From: an uncultured Candidatus Peribacteria bacterium
GTDB taxonomy: Bacteria; Patescibacteriota; Gracilibacteria; UBA1369; LOWO2-01-FULL-3
Assembly: GCA_964480115.1 (NCBI GenBank)
Contig: CAYZOB010000049.1
Span: 23,712-87,711 of the forward strand
DNA: 64,000 nt
Direction: 5' to 3'
Position 1 is the stretch's first letter. Every line of letters starts with the position of its first letter. The translations under genes were made by a program, and so were the position numbers. Shown here one piece after another: positions 1 through 8,316 of the stretch. The notes beneath the pieces are model-generated. The model was not told where the DNA came from and made no database searches. It was given only the letters and a program-made list of their open reading frames with translations.

Positions 1-80
1 TCTTCAACCAGTTGGGATAATTTAACCATGGCGACATAAATAGCACCGGCAAGAACGTATTTTCTTGCAAGCACATGCAT
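1..80 (-). CDS. partial ORF (5' end only) running off the left edge; unidentified
   Basis: Minus-strand ATG at 78-80 is followed by 26 open codons (MHVLARKYVLAGAIYVAMVKLSQLVE) to the window edge. Too short to assign. Confidence 0.2.
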   Translation of the reverse strand, partial: MHVLARKYVLAGAIYVAMVKLSQLVE

Positions 81-151
81 GATTAAACACGCTTTGACGG
101 AATCCTACCTGTAGTTCGTATTGCAAAAGATAACGCCGCAAACGTCAAGCA

Positions 152-180
152 TTGCCGCCACGGCAATTTCATGCTATAAT
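152..180 (+). promoter_or_regulatory. sigma-70-like promoter candidate for the PrsW-like gene
   Basis: TTGCCG (152-157), 17-nt spacer, TATAAT (175-180), about 75 nt upstream of the ATG at 255. The -35 sits inside a small inverted repeat TTGCCG-cca-CGGCAA. Confidence 0.4.
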
Positions 181-254
181 ACACAAAAGGCGACCCGAAC
201 CTTAATCTCGACTCATCCGGAAAAGCTCGGCCCACCATAAAAATAAAAACAAAA

Positions 255-1172
255 ATGCCCCAAGCAGTTCAAATAATCGGTTCAATAATCCTGGCGGCCA
301 TACCTGCTGCAATTTGGGGTACCATTTTCTATCAAAAAAATCCCGAAAAGCGCAGCCTCACGGCGCTGACTTTTGTCATGGGCGCGCTGGCTGTTTTTCC
401 GATACTTATTTACAAATTCAGCTGGCAATATTTTCCTTGGATGAATGCTTTTCGTTACGCGGATTACTATAAGGACGATGTTATAGGCTTTTCACATGCC
501 ATCATCCTGCCACTTAGCATAATCATTACCTTCATGATAGTCGGAGTAATCGAGGAAACCATGAAATTCAGTTCGGTGAAAATTGTCGATGATGAGGAAA
601 TAAAAAACATTGACGACTCTATAGAGTTTTTTATCATCGCCGCCCTGGGTTTTGCCTTCACTGAAAATATTCTTTATTTCTATAATATTTGGCTCGCTGA
701 GGGCGCAGCCAACATTTTGCTGCCATTTCTCTTCCGCTCCTGTTTTTCCACTTTCGCTCATCTGCTTTTTTCCGGTTTGCTGGGTTATTATTATGGAATT
801 GCTCATTTCGCCACGCCTATCCTGCAGGAAGAATTGCGTAACAGTAACAGTTTCTGGTCCAAAATTCCGCCAAAATTACTTTTTTTTCGCCGTGAAAAAT
901 TATTCTATGAAGAGAAATTACTTGAGGGAATATTATTTGCCGTCGGACTTCACGCGCTCTTCAATATTTTCCTGGAAATGGGACTCACTTTCATGATTGT
1001 GCCTTTCCTGGTAATTGGCTATCTCACTTTGACTTACCTCCTGGATCTCAAGGAAAATCATAAAAATTACGGCAAATTGCTTTGTTATGTCCGCAACCAT
1101 CCTCATAAATCCGGCGTGTATTTCAAGAGAAATCCGGTGTGCCAGCCTGTATCTTCCGACGTAATTCACTAG
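255..1172 (+). CDS. PrsW-family intramembrane metalloprotease-like membrane protein
   Basis: Polytopic hydrophobic protein carrying the PrsW-type motif series EExxK (VIEETMKF), GFAFTENILYF, FAHLLFSG and HALFN. Confidence 0.7.
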   Translation: MPQAVQIIGSIILAAIPAAIWGTIFYQKNPEKRSLTALTFVMGALAVFPILIYKFSWQYFPWMNAFRYADYYKDDVIGFSHAIILPLSIIITFMIVGVIEETMKFSSVKIVDDEEIKNIDDSIEFFIIAALGFAFTENILYFYNIWLAEGAANILLPFLFRSCFSTFAHLLFSGLLGYYYGIAHFATPILQEELRNSNSFWSKIPPKLLFFRREKLFYEEKLLEGILFAVGLHALFNIFLEMGLTFMIVPFLVIGYLTLTYLLDLKENHKNYGKLLCYVRNHPHKSGVYFKRNPVCQPVSSDVIH

Positions 1173-1498
1173 CCGGGCCAATTATATCCGACTATCAAAA
1201 TTTCTTTAACAAAAAGTCTCAATGCTTTTTCTCACACCTTCGGCCTGCATAATGATTTAATAGAAAATGAAAAACTCGGCGCTGAAGAATGGCAGCTGTC
1301 AGTCGCGCAAAACAATGATTCGAAAAATACAGGCAAAAGGCGGTTACCCGAACTTAATTCTAATTCGGCACATTTTTCAAACAAAATCTTTGGCAAGTGC
1401 GGTGACAGATGCTCAGTCCCGGCCTGAAAGACGGTCTTGAAAAATTCCATCCTAAACTGTTGCAAAACATTTCCCGCCATGCTATCCTCCCCGTCACT

Positions 1499-4429
1499 AT
1501 GTCTCACGATAAAATAATCGTCCAGGGAGCCAGGCTGCACAATCTCAAAAATATCAATGTTGAGATCCCTAAAAATAAATTCACCGTTGTCACCGGTCTT
1601 TCCGGCTCAGGTAAATCCACGCTCGCTTTCGACACCATCTACGCCGAAGGTCAGCGCCGCTATGTGGAAAGTCTTTCCACTTACGCCCGCAACTTTCTTC
1701 AGCTCATGGAAAAGCCCGATGTGGACAACATCGAGGGCCTTTCTCCCGCTATTTCCATTGACCAAAAATCCGCGCCACGCAATCCGCGCTCTACCGTGGG
1801 TACGGTCACCGAAATTTATGATTATCTCCGTCTGCTTTTTGCGAAAATCGGTACGCCGCATTGTCCAAATTGCGGCCGTCCTATCGAACGACAGACCGCC
1901 CAGCAGATTCTCGAAGACGTTTGTTCCATGAAAGAGGGGACTAAAATTCTCATTCTTTCTCCGCTCATCAGAGATCGCAAAGGCCAGCACACCAAAGTAA
2001 TTGATAAAATAAAAAAAGAAGGCTTTGTGCGTGTGCGCGTGGATGGCGAGGTTGTTTCCGTACTGGAAGTTCCACCTATGGACGAAAATAAAAAGCACAA
2101 TATTGAGATTGTTGTAGATCGTTTGATAATCAAAGATCTTGAGAAAAAAACACAAACACTTTCCGACGGCCATGAAATAGATAGCCCAAATCCTAATCGC
2201 ACCCGTCTCGCCGATTCCATTGAAACAGCGCTAAAATTTGGTGAAGGCCTCGTAATGATTGGTGAGCATCATGAAACGAAGTCTCACAGCGAGCCTGCAA
2301 ACAAGATCTATTCCGAACATTTCGCCTGTCCCGAATGTCACATCAGTATCCCGGAAATTGCTCCCAGAAATTTTTCTTTTAATAGCCCGCACGGCGCTTG
2401 TCAGGAATGTCACGGACTCGGTACAAAGCTCGAAATCGACCCTGAATTGATTATGCCAAATCGCAACCTTACATTGGCCGAAGGAGCGATCATGCCCTGG
2501 TCTACCACCACCTCACATTTAGCCTGGTATAATCGTATTCTTGAAAGTGTGGCCCGTGCGCACAAATTTTCCATGAATGCATCAGTAAAAAAACTTTCTC
2601 CCGAAGCAATGAATATTGTACTGCATGGAGACAAGGAGCGAAAATACACTGTGGAAATCGGCAATTCCGAGCCGGATTCGGACGATGCGCCAAGCAGTGG
2701 TCATTTTACCGGTAAATATGAAACGAGCTTCGAAGGCGTAATTCCCAACTTGGAACGCCGTTTTCTGGAAACCGAATCCGACTATGTGCGTAAAAAAATC
2801 GAAGGGTACATGCGCATTCTCGAATGTCCTTCCTGCCATGGCAAACGGCTTAAGCCGGAAATTTTGGCAATAAAAATCGCCGATAGATCGATAATCGATG
2901 TGACTGAACTGTCTGTGACTAAAGCTCTTGGTTTTTTTGAAAAACTGGAACTTAGCCCGATGAAAAAAGAAATCGCCCGCCAGATTACCCAGGAAGTAGG
3001 TAATCGTCTGCGCTTTCTGGAAAATGTCGGTCTTTCTTATCTAACTTTGGACCGCACGGCGAACACGCTTTCCGGCGGTGAGGCACAACGAATTCGTCTC
3101 GCCACTCAGATTGGTTCCCGTCTTTCGGGCGTGATTTATGTTTTGGATGAACCGAGCATCGGCTTGCATCAAAATGATAATGATAAGCTAATTAAAACCC
3201 TTATCTCTTTGCGCGATCTTGGTAACACTGTAATCGTCGTGGAACATGATATTGATACCATGCTGGCTGCTGATTATATTTTGGATATTGGTCCCGGTGC
3301 CGGCAAAAACGGCGGCAATGTCGTGGCTTGTGGCACTCCTCAGGAAATCATTGAAAATCCCCAATCTCTTACCGGCAAATACCTTTCCGGCGCAGCTTCA
3401 GTGGAAATGCCCAAAAAACGTCGCAAAGGCAATGGCAAAAAACTCACTTTGATCGGCTGCACCGAACATAATCTCAAGGATGTAACTGTGGAATTTCCCC
3501 TGGGAATGTTGATCGGAGTCACCGGCGTCTCCGGCTCCGGCAAGTCTACTCTCATTAACGACATCCTCGTCAGACGTGTGTCCAAAGAAGTCTATGGTTC
3601 AAAAACTTCTCCCGGAAAGCATAAAGACCTCAAAGGAGTTGAAAATATCGATAAAATCATCAATATAGACCAGTCAGCAATTGGTCGTACTCCTCGTTCC
3701 AACCCCGCGACTTATACCGGAGTTTTCACTGATATTAGAGACATGTTTTCTCAAACTCCCGAAGCCAAACTTCGCGGCTACAAATCCGGCCGTTTCAGTT
3801 TCAATGTGAAAGGCGGCCGCTGCGAAGCCTGTGCCGGCGATGGTATCAAGAAGATTGAAATGCACTTCCTCCCGGATATTTACGTACCTTGCGAGTCCTG
3901 TAAGGGTAAAAGATACAACAACGAAGCCCTGGAAATCCGCTACAGAAACAAAAATATTCACGAAGTTCTGGAAATGACGGTGGAAGAAGCTCTCGAATTT
4001 TTCACTTCCATTCCGTCCATAAAGGTGAAGCTTCAAACCCTCCACGAAGTCGGACTCGGCTATATCCATCTTGGACAATCCGCCACTACTCTTTCCGGCG
4101 GTGAAGCCCAGCGTATCAAGCTCGCCACGGAATTATCCAAGCGTTCTACCGGCAAAACTCTTTATGTTCTGGATGAGCCGACCACCGGCTTGCACTTCGA
4201 AGACGTGAAGCGTTTGTTGAGCGTATTGCAGCAGTTGGTGGATAAGGGTAACACTGTACTCGTTATTGAGCACAATCTCGACGTAATCAAATCTGTGGAC
4301 CATATCATCGATATGGGCCCAGAAGGCGGGGACAAAGGCGGCCAAATGATCGCCAAAGGCACGCCCGAGGAGCTGATCCTGGTGAAAGAGTCTTATACGG
4401 GTGTCTGGTTGAAGAAGATGATGAGGTAG
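1499..4429 (+). CDS. uvrA: excinuclease ABC subunit A (UvrA)
   Basis: Two ABC modules (Walker [10 protein letters not shown] and GVSGSGKST; two LSGGEAQR signatures) and CxxC zinc modules. The ORF opens at 1409, but the conserved UvrA N-terminus ([19 protein letters not shown]) begins at the in-frame ATG at 1499. Confidence 0.95.
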   Translation: MSHDKIIVQGARLHNLKNINVEIPKNKFTVVTGLSGSGKSTLAFDTIYAEGQRRYVESLSTYARNFLQLMEKPDVDNIEGLSPAISIDQKSAPRNPRSTVGTVTEIYDYLRLLFAKIGTPHCPNCGRPIERQTAQQILEDVCSMKEGTKILILSPLIRDRKGQHTKVIDKIKKEGFVRVRVDGEVVSVLEVPPMDENKKHNIEIVVDRLIIKDLEKKTQTLSDGHEIDSPNPNRTRLADSIETALKFGEGLVMIGEHHETKSHSEPANKIYSEHFACPECHISIPEIAPRNFSFNSPHGACQECHGLGTKLEIDPELIMPNRNLTLAEGAIMPWSTTTSHLAWYNRILESVARAHKFSMNASVKKLSPEAMNIVLHGDKERKYTVEIGNSEPDSDDAPSSGHFTGKYETSFEGVIPNLERRFLETESDYVRKKIEGYMRILECPSCHGKRLKPEILAIKIADRSIIDVTELSVTKALGFFEKLELSPMKKEIARQITQEVGNRLRFLENVGLSYLTLDRTANTLSGGEAQRIRLATQIGSRLSGVIYVLDEPSIGLHQNDNDKLIKTLISLRDLGNTVIVVEHDIDTMLAADYILDIGPGAGKNGGNVVACGTPQEIIENPQSLTGKYLSGAASVEMPKKRRKGNGKKLTLIGCTEHNLKDVTVEFPLGMLIGVTGVSGSGKSTLINDILVRRVSKEVYGSKTSPGKHKDLKGVENIDKIINIDQSAIGRTPRSNPATYTGVFTDIRDMFSQTPEAKLRGYKSGRFSFNVKGGRCEACAGDGIKKIEMHFLPDIYVPCESCKGKRYNNEALEIRYRNKNIHEVLEMTVEEALEFFTSIPSIKVKLQTLHEVGLGYIHLGQSATTLSGGEAQRIKLATELSKRSTGKTLYVLDEPTTGLHFEDVKRLLSVLQQLVDKGNTVLVIEHNLDVIKSVDHIIDMGPEGGDKGGQMIAKGTPEELILVKESYTGVWLKKMMR

Positions 4430-4545
4430 CAGAGCGCTTGCGCTCAATTACGACCGATGAAGTCGCATATCTTTCGGGTTTATTTATATCAGCCGAAAAA
4501 ATTGCTTGATCCGCCTGTTTGTCAGCCCTTCTTGACTTTTGCTTC

Positions 4546-4575
4546 TTGACTTTTACCCGGTTAAAAAGCTATAAA
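4546..4575 (+). promoter_or_regulatory. promoter candidate for the 4599 gene
   Basis: TTGACT (4546-4551), 18-nt spacer, TATAAA (4570-4575). The -35 lies in a tandemly duplicated CTTCTTGACTTTT motif (4528-4554). Confidence 0.35.
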
Positions 4576-4598
4576 AAAGCCTTGAAAATAATTTCCCC

Positions 4599-5174
4599 AT
4601 GAAACTTCCCGATCAGGATACCAATTACGTTATGACCACCTTTAAACCGGGTGAGCCGGATAAAAGGACAATAAAATTTTTAGGTCCACCGCAAGCCTCT
4701 ACAAGATTTTATGGGGGGGGATTAGGATTAGACGCAATGCGTTTCAAAGTAGGGGGGACTTCAACTGTCCGAGAGATAGGAGAATTTAATCAATGGCTTC
4801 CTGAGGGAAAGCGCGAAGCCGAACGGCAATTTCTTCTCTATTATTTTAGCGAGCTTATCGACGCTGTTTCTAAACTTGATGTTCAAAAGGCCTCTGCCAT
4901 ACGTGCCGAAGAGGCAAGATTTCAAACTTTTCTGCAAAAGTATGGCCACAAAGCACTCAAACGATATGAAAATGACCTTGCTGAAGTTGAGGATTTTACA
5001 GATGTCATCCTGAGCTTGGGAATGAATCCGGTCGATTTTGGTCTTGATGCTCCTCCAATTGCCAGTGATTTCCGTTTGATTGACGGTATTTGCAAAGGCG
5101 CCGGCCTTCGAATACATAAAGTGGTTGGTTCGAATAAATCGCTCTACGTTCAGGAGAGACCGTGTTCGTTTTAG
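4599..5174 (+). CDS. hypothetical protein (191 aa) containing a G8 homopolymer
   Basis: The ORF has a balanced, helix-rich composition. The antisense ORF 4761-5255 looks like a shadow frame. No family recognised. Confidence 0.55.
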   Translation: MKLPDQDTNYVMTTFKPGEPDKRTIKFLGPPQASTRFYGGGLGLDAMRFKVGGTSTVREIGEFNQWLPEGKREAERQFLLYYFSELIDAVSKLDVQKASAIRAEEARFQTFLQKYGHKALKRYENDLAEVEDFTDVILSLGMNPVDFGLDAPPIASDFRLIDGICKGAGLRIHKVVGSNKSLYVQERPCSF

Positions 5175-5372
5175 CAACACGTGAATATTTCCCGGCAATT
5201 TCCGTAAAACGCTGGAGTAGGAGAGAGCCCATTTATGAACCACGTGGGTGAGCATATACTCACCAACATTTTATCCATTTTGTCAGCCGAAAGTGGCAAT
5301 TTTGGTTGTAGATTTTTCATGAAAAATGGCACGATCAAAGTTGCTTTCAAATAAATTTTTAAATGAAAAAAC

Positions 5373-6650
5373 ATGCAAAACCAATCAATTCAACAACTAG
5401 GTATTAACGCCGATAAGCCTCACTATTTATCGGCCACACCTCATACTCTCAGGCCCACCACCAAACTGCCAAAATCCCAATCTAGTGATCAGCAAAACTT
5501 GGCCACACCTCATACTCTCAGGCCCATCACCAAACTGCCAAAATCAAAATCTTCAGATCACTCCTGGCGCACTGTCCACCAACAATTCACTGAATACGGC
5601 CGCAATGCCAAAGAATGGCTGCGCAAGTGCATTCTCCTTCTTCCCCAGATTGAAAAGCAGCAGATTTGGCGTAAAAAGCGTTTCAAAAACCTCTACGAAT
5701 ACGCGGCAAAATTGGCAGGCATGAGCCACTATCAGGTTGATGACGCTCTTTGGATTTTGAGGAAAATAAAGGACAAGCCGGAATTAATGAAAGTCGTAGA
5801 GGAAAAAGGACTAAATGCGGTTAGGCCTATTGTTGCAATTGCTACCAAGGAAAATGAAGCCTTTTTAGCTTCAAAGGCAAAAATCATGGATAATGGCACT
5901 TTAAGAATATTTGCAGGACACCTCAAAAAGGGAGAAGTAATAACATCCGACTCGATAGATTTACGGGATATCCCGAAATTTCAATCTGTAAACTTGCAAA
6001 GTTTACCATTCGACATATGTTTTGACTCAGCATCTCAAACCAAAATACCAAAATCCACCGATCCCTTGGAACCGCAATCAGATTCAGAGCTATTAGACCA
6101 GTCCTCAGGCTCTCTGCAATCATATTCATCATCTCACATGTCGTCATTTTCATGGTCTTTACAATTGCCACCAGCGTGTCCCTCCACCCCCAAAGTCACC
6201 ATCGCCATGCAGCTCGACCTGGAAATTGCCGATCAATTGCAAAAGCTCAAAGGCCAATCAGATTGGAACGAGACCATCAGCCAACTTCTCAGATTACGCC
6301 AAGAAAAACTAGACCAGTCAAAGCCTGAAGCGGTAGAAGCTACCTCCCGCCCCATCCCCGCCGCAATCGAAAGTTACGTCCTTGCCAAAACCAATTCTAT
6401 CTGCGCCTTTCCCGGCTGCTATTAGCCCTACGATATACTTCATCATACCGACAGATTTGCCATGTATCACATTCACGATCCTGATCATATAGTGCCTCTT
6501 TGCCAAGCGCATGAAAGATTGGCTCACCTTGGCTTGATAGAAAATGAAAATCTAGAGCCTAAATACTGGAAAATCCGCACCCTGCCGGATTACGACGACC
6601 CAAAATATGAAGTAGATCAAATTGTAGAAAAATTCAGGCGGCCAGACTAG
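5373..6650 (+). pseudogene. HNH-endonuclease-signature gene interrupted by a single in-frame TAG (6423-6425)
   Basis: ORFs 5373-6425 and 6462-6650 are in the same frame. Read through the TAG gives CAFPGCY*PYDILHHTDRFAMYHIHDPDHIVPLCQAHERLAH. This is a complete C-x2-GC ... HH ... LC-x2-H-x3-H HNH pattern split by the stop. Confidence 0.65.
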
Positions 6651-6717
6651 CCATAATTACGGCGACCCAAGATATGAAATAGATCAAATTGTAGAAAAAC
6701 TCAGGCAAGCCAGATAA
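6590..6717 (+). repeat. imperfect tandem duplication (2 x 61 nt) of the 3' end of the HNH-type gene
   Basis: Segment 6590-6650 (ttacgacgacccaaaatatgaagtagatcaaattgtagaaaaattcaggcggccagactag) recurs at 6657-6717 with about 8 mismatches. Confidence 0.8.
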
Positions 6718-6897
6718 TTTCAGTATGCCAATCTGTATAATTTATCTAAAATAGTACATCCCCCGATTTGAGGCCGGTCAACTAATGTACCGACTAAAAC
6801 AGCAATAATTTCCCCCCTCCCCACCATCATTTACTTTATAGCCGTGGTTATAGGGCGGTCGAAACTAACTCGCCATACCAGTTTTTCTTTAGAATGA

Positions 6898-7208
6898 TTT
6901 AATAAAGTTTAATTAAATTTAATAAAGTTTAGTTAAATCGTGTAAAATTTAATTAAATTAAGTAAAGTATACTACTTTTGCATGATGAGGCTACCAAGTT
7001 GGCTAAAGTTTAATTAAGTATAATCAACTTGCCAAAACTATTGTAAAATTGCATAAGTTGTGTTAAGTTTTGCCCACGAAAAAATGTTCATTGAAAACAA
7101 GAAGAATATTGAAAACTGTTCTGAAAGCTGCTAGAATTTAATTAGCTTTAATAAAGTTTAATAAAATTGGCTAAACTCGCCAAAATCGATTAAACTTAAT
7201 AAAGTTTC
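6898..7208. repeat. AT-rich field of iteron-like direct repeats (core TTAATAAAGTTT)
   Basis: TTTAATAAAGTTTA occurs at 6898-6911, 6918-6931 and 7147-7160. TTAATAAAGTTT occurs at 7196-7207. Variants are CTAAAGTTTAATTAAG (about 7003-7018) and AATTTAATTAAAT (about 6947-6959). The field ends 25 nt before the HTH gene start. Confidence 0.7.
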
Positions 7209-7232
7209 TAGATTTGCCTAAAGTGCGTCAAA

Positions 7233-7673
7233 ATGATTGAAAACTTTCTGACTACAGAACAGGTTGCCAAAATTCTTCAGGTCCATCCCTTCACCATCTT
7301 GAAGTTTCTCAAGTTGGGTAAACTTCGGGGAGTGAAACTGGGTAGGGTATACCGCATCAAAGAAAGTGATGTTCAGGCCTTTCTCGACGGTCGCATGACC
7401 GGAGGGCATAAGCAAAATATCACCCCCCAGCAATCACCCCTCAATCCCGATCTTGAGCATCTGGAATCGCACAAAAGTGAGACAGAACCTCAACCTGAGT
7501 ATCATAATGAGTATCATAAGCTTTTAAATCAGCAATTCTCTAACCCTACATTATCGACTCAAGCCCACGCAAATACCCAGCATCTCTCAAAACCTCACTC
7601 GGAAACCTCTGACCCTTATACTCTAAGGCAAGATAAAAACCGGGAAGACGGACCACCACACTACATTATCTAG
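7233..7673 (+). CDS. excisionase-family (MerR-like) helix-turn-helix DNA-binding protein with a low-complexity tail
   Basis: The N-terminus LTTEQVAKILQVHPFTILKFLKLGKLRGVKLGRVYRIKESDVQAFL matches the excisionase/HTH_17 pattern. The C-terminal half is P/Q/H/S-rich. Confidence 0.65.
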   Translation: MIENFLTTEQVAKILQVHPFTILKFLKLGKLRGVKLGRVYRIKESDVQAFLDGRMTGGHKQNITPQQSPLNPDLEHLESHKSETEPQPEYHNEYHKLLNQQFSNPTLSTQAHANTQHLSKPHSETSDPYTLRQDKNREDGPPHYII

Positions 7674-7759
7674 CTCGTATGCCGCATCTGACACGATTTT
7701 CACACCTGCTGGATAAAGCAAGAAACACTTACTACCTCATCACCTCATCTTAATAAATA

Positions 7760-7930
7760 ATGATTATTCACTGCATTTCCTGTGGAAAATCAATCTCGAG
7801 CCATGGCCATTGCTGTCCCTATTGCACCTGCGAATTAAACGATCTGACCTACGAATTCAACGGCATAGAAGAAAAAGCAAATTTCAAGGAACGCATGCGC
7901 AACATGGTATTCGGATTGGTTCACAAGTAA
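7760..7930 (+). CDS. small zinc-ribbon protein (56 aa), below the ORF-track cutoff
   Basis: Hand translation gives MIIHCISCGKSISSHGHCCPYCTCELNDLTYEFNGIEEKANFKERMRNMVFGLVHK*. It has two CxxC pairs (C5/C8 and C19/C22). Confidence 0.4.
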   Translation: MIIHCISCGKSISSHGHCCPYCTCELNDLTYEFNGIEEKANFKERMRNMVFGLVHK

Positions 7931-8047
7931 AAATTCACGCCTGCCTGACGCGCGCCCTGCGCCTACCCGGGTAGTAAAGCCCTAGAAAAGCCTTTGTACC
8001 ATGTAAACCACAGAATTCCTGGCAAGCCGACCCGCGCCCCAAGACAT

Positions 8048-8180
8048 CGAAACCCGAAACCCAAAATCAGAGACCCAAAGACAGAAACCCAAAACCCGCC
8101 CCGAAACCCGAAACCCAAAACCCGCCCCAAAACCCGAAACCCAAAAGCCGCCCCGAAACCAGAGACCCGACCCGAAACCC
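8048..8180. repeat. degenerate C/A-rich tandem array built from GAAACCC / AAAACCC units
   Basis: cgaaacccgaaacccaaaa recurs at about 8048 and 8102, with degenerate copies through 8180. The complement is a series of GGG tracts spaced 3-5 nt apart. Confidence 0.85.
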
Positions 8181-8275
8181 ATCGCGCCCCTTACTCCTCA
8201 AAAAACTACTTAATAAAAAACTCCAATTGCCCGTCAGCTCAAGTGCCCACTTGAACTGAAACCTAGAAAAGCCCT

Positions 8276-8310
8276 AAAAACTCCCCGGTCTTGCCGAGGA
8301 GTTTTTGTTA
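8276..8310. terminator. bidirectional intrinsic terminator candidate
   Basis: AAAAA-CTCCCCGG-tcttg-CCGAGGAG-TTTTTGTTATT is an 8-bp stem with 1 mismatch, flanked by an A-run and a T-run. It lies between the + strand islet and the stop (8317) of the minus-strand operon. Confidence 0.6.
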
Positions 8311-8316
8311 TTCAGC

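Noticed and set aside
4761-5255. 164-aa minus-strand ORF antisense to the 191-aa gene.
   Set aside because: Its composition (rich in L/K/S/F/I, with no secondary-structure periodicity) looks like a shadow frame. The plus-strand ORF has a promoter-like element and a more protein-like sequence. Assignment of the real strand is still only moderately confident.
7982-8254. Two overlapping ORFs (66 aa on the minus strand, 86 aa on the plus strand) in the ORF track.
   Set aside because: Both are translations of the C/A-rich tandem repeat (PKP/RNP or GFG/FRV low complexity). No start context or coding-like composition supports them.
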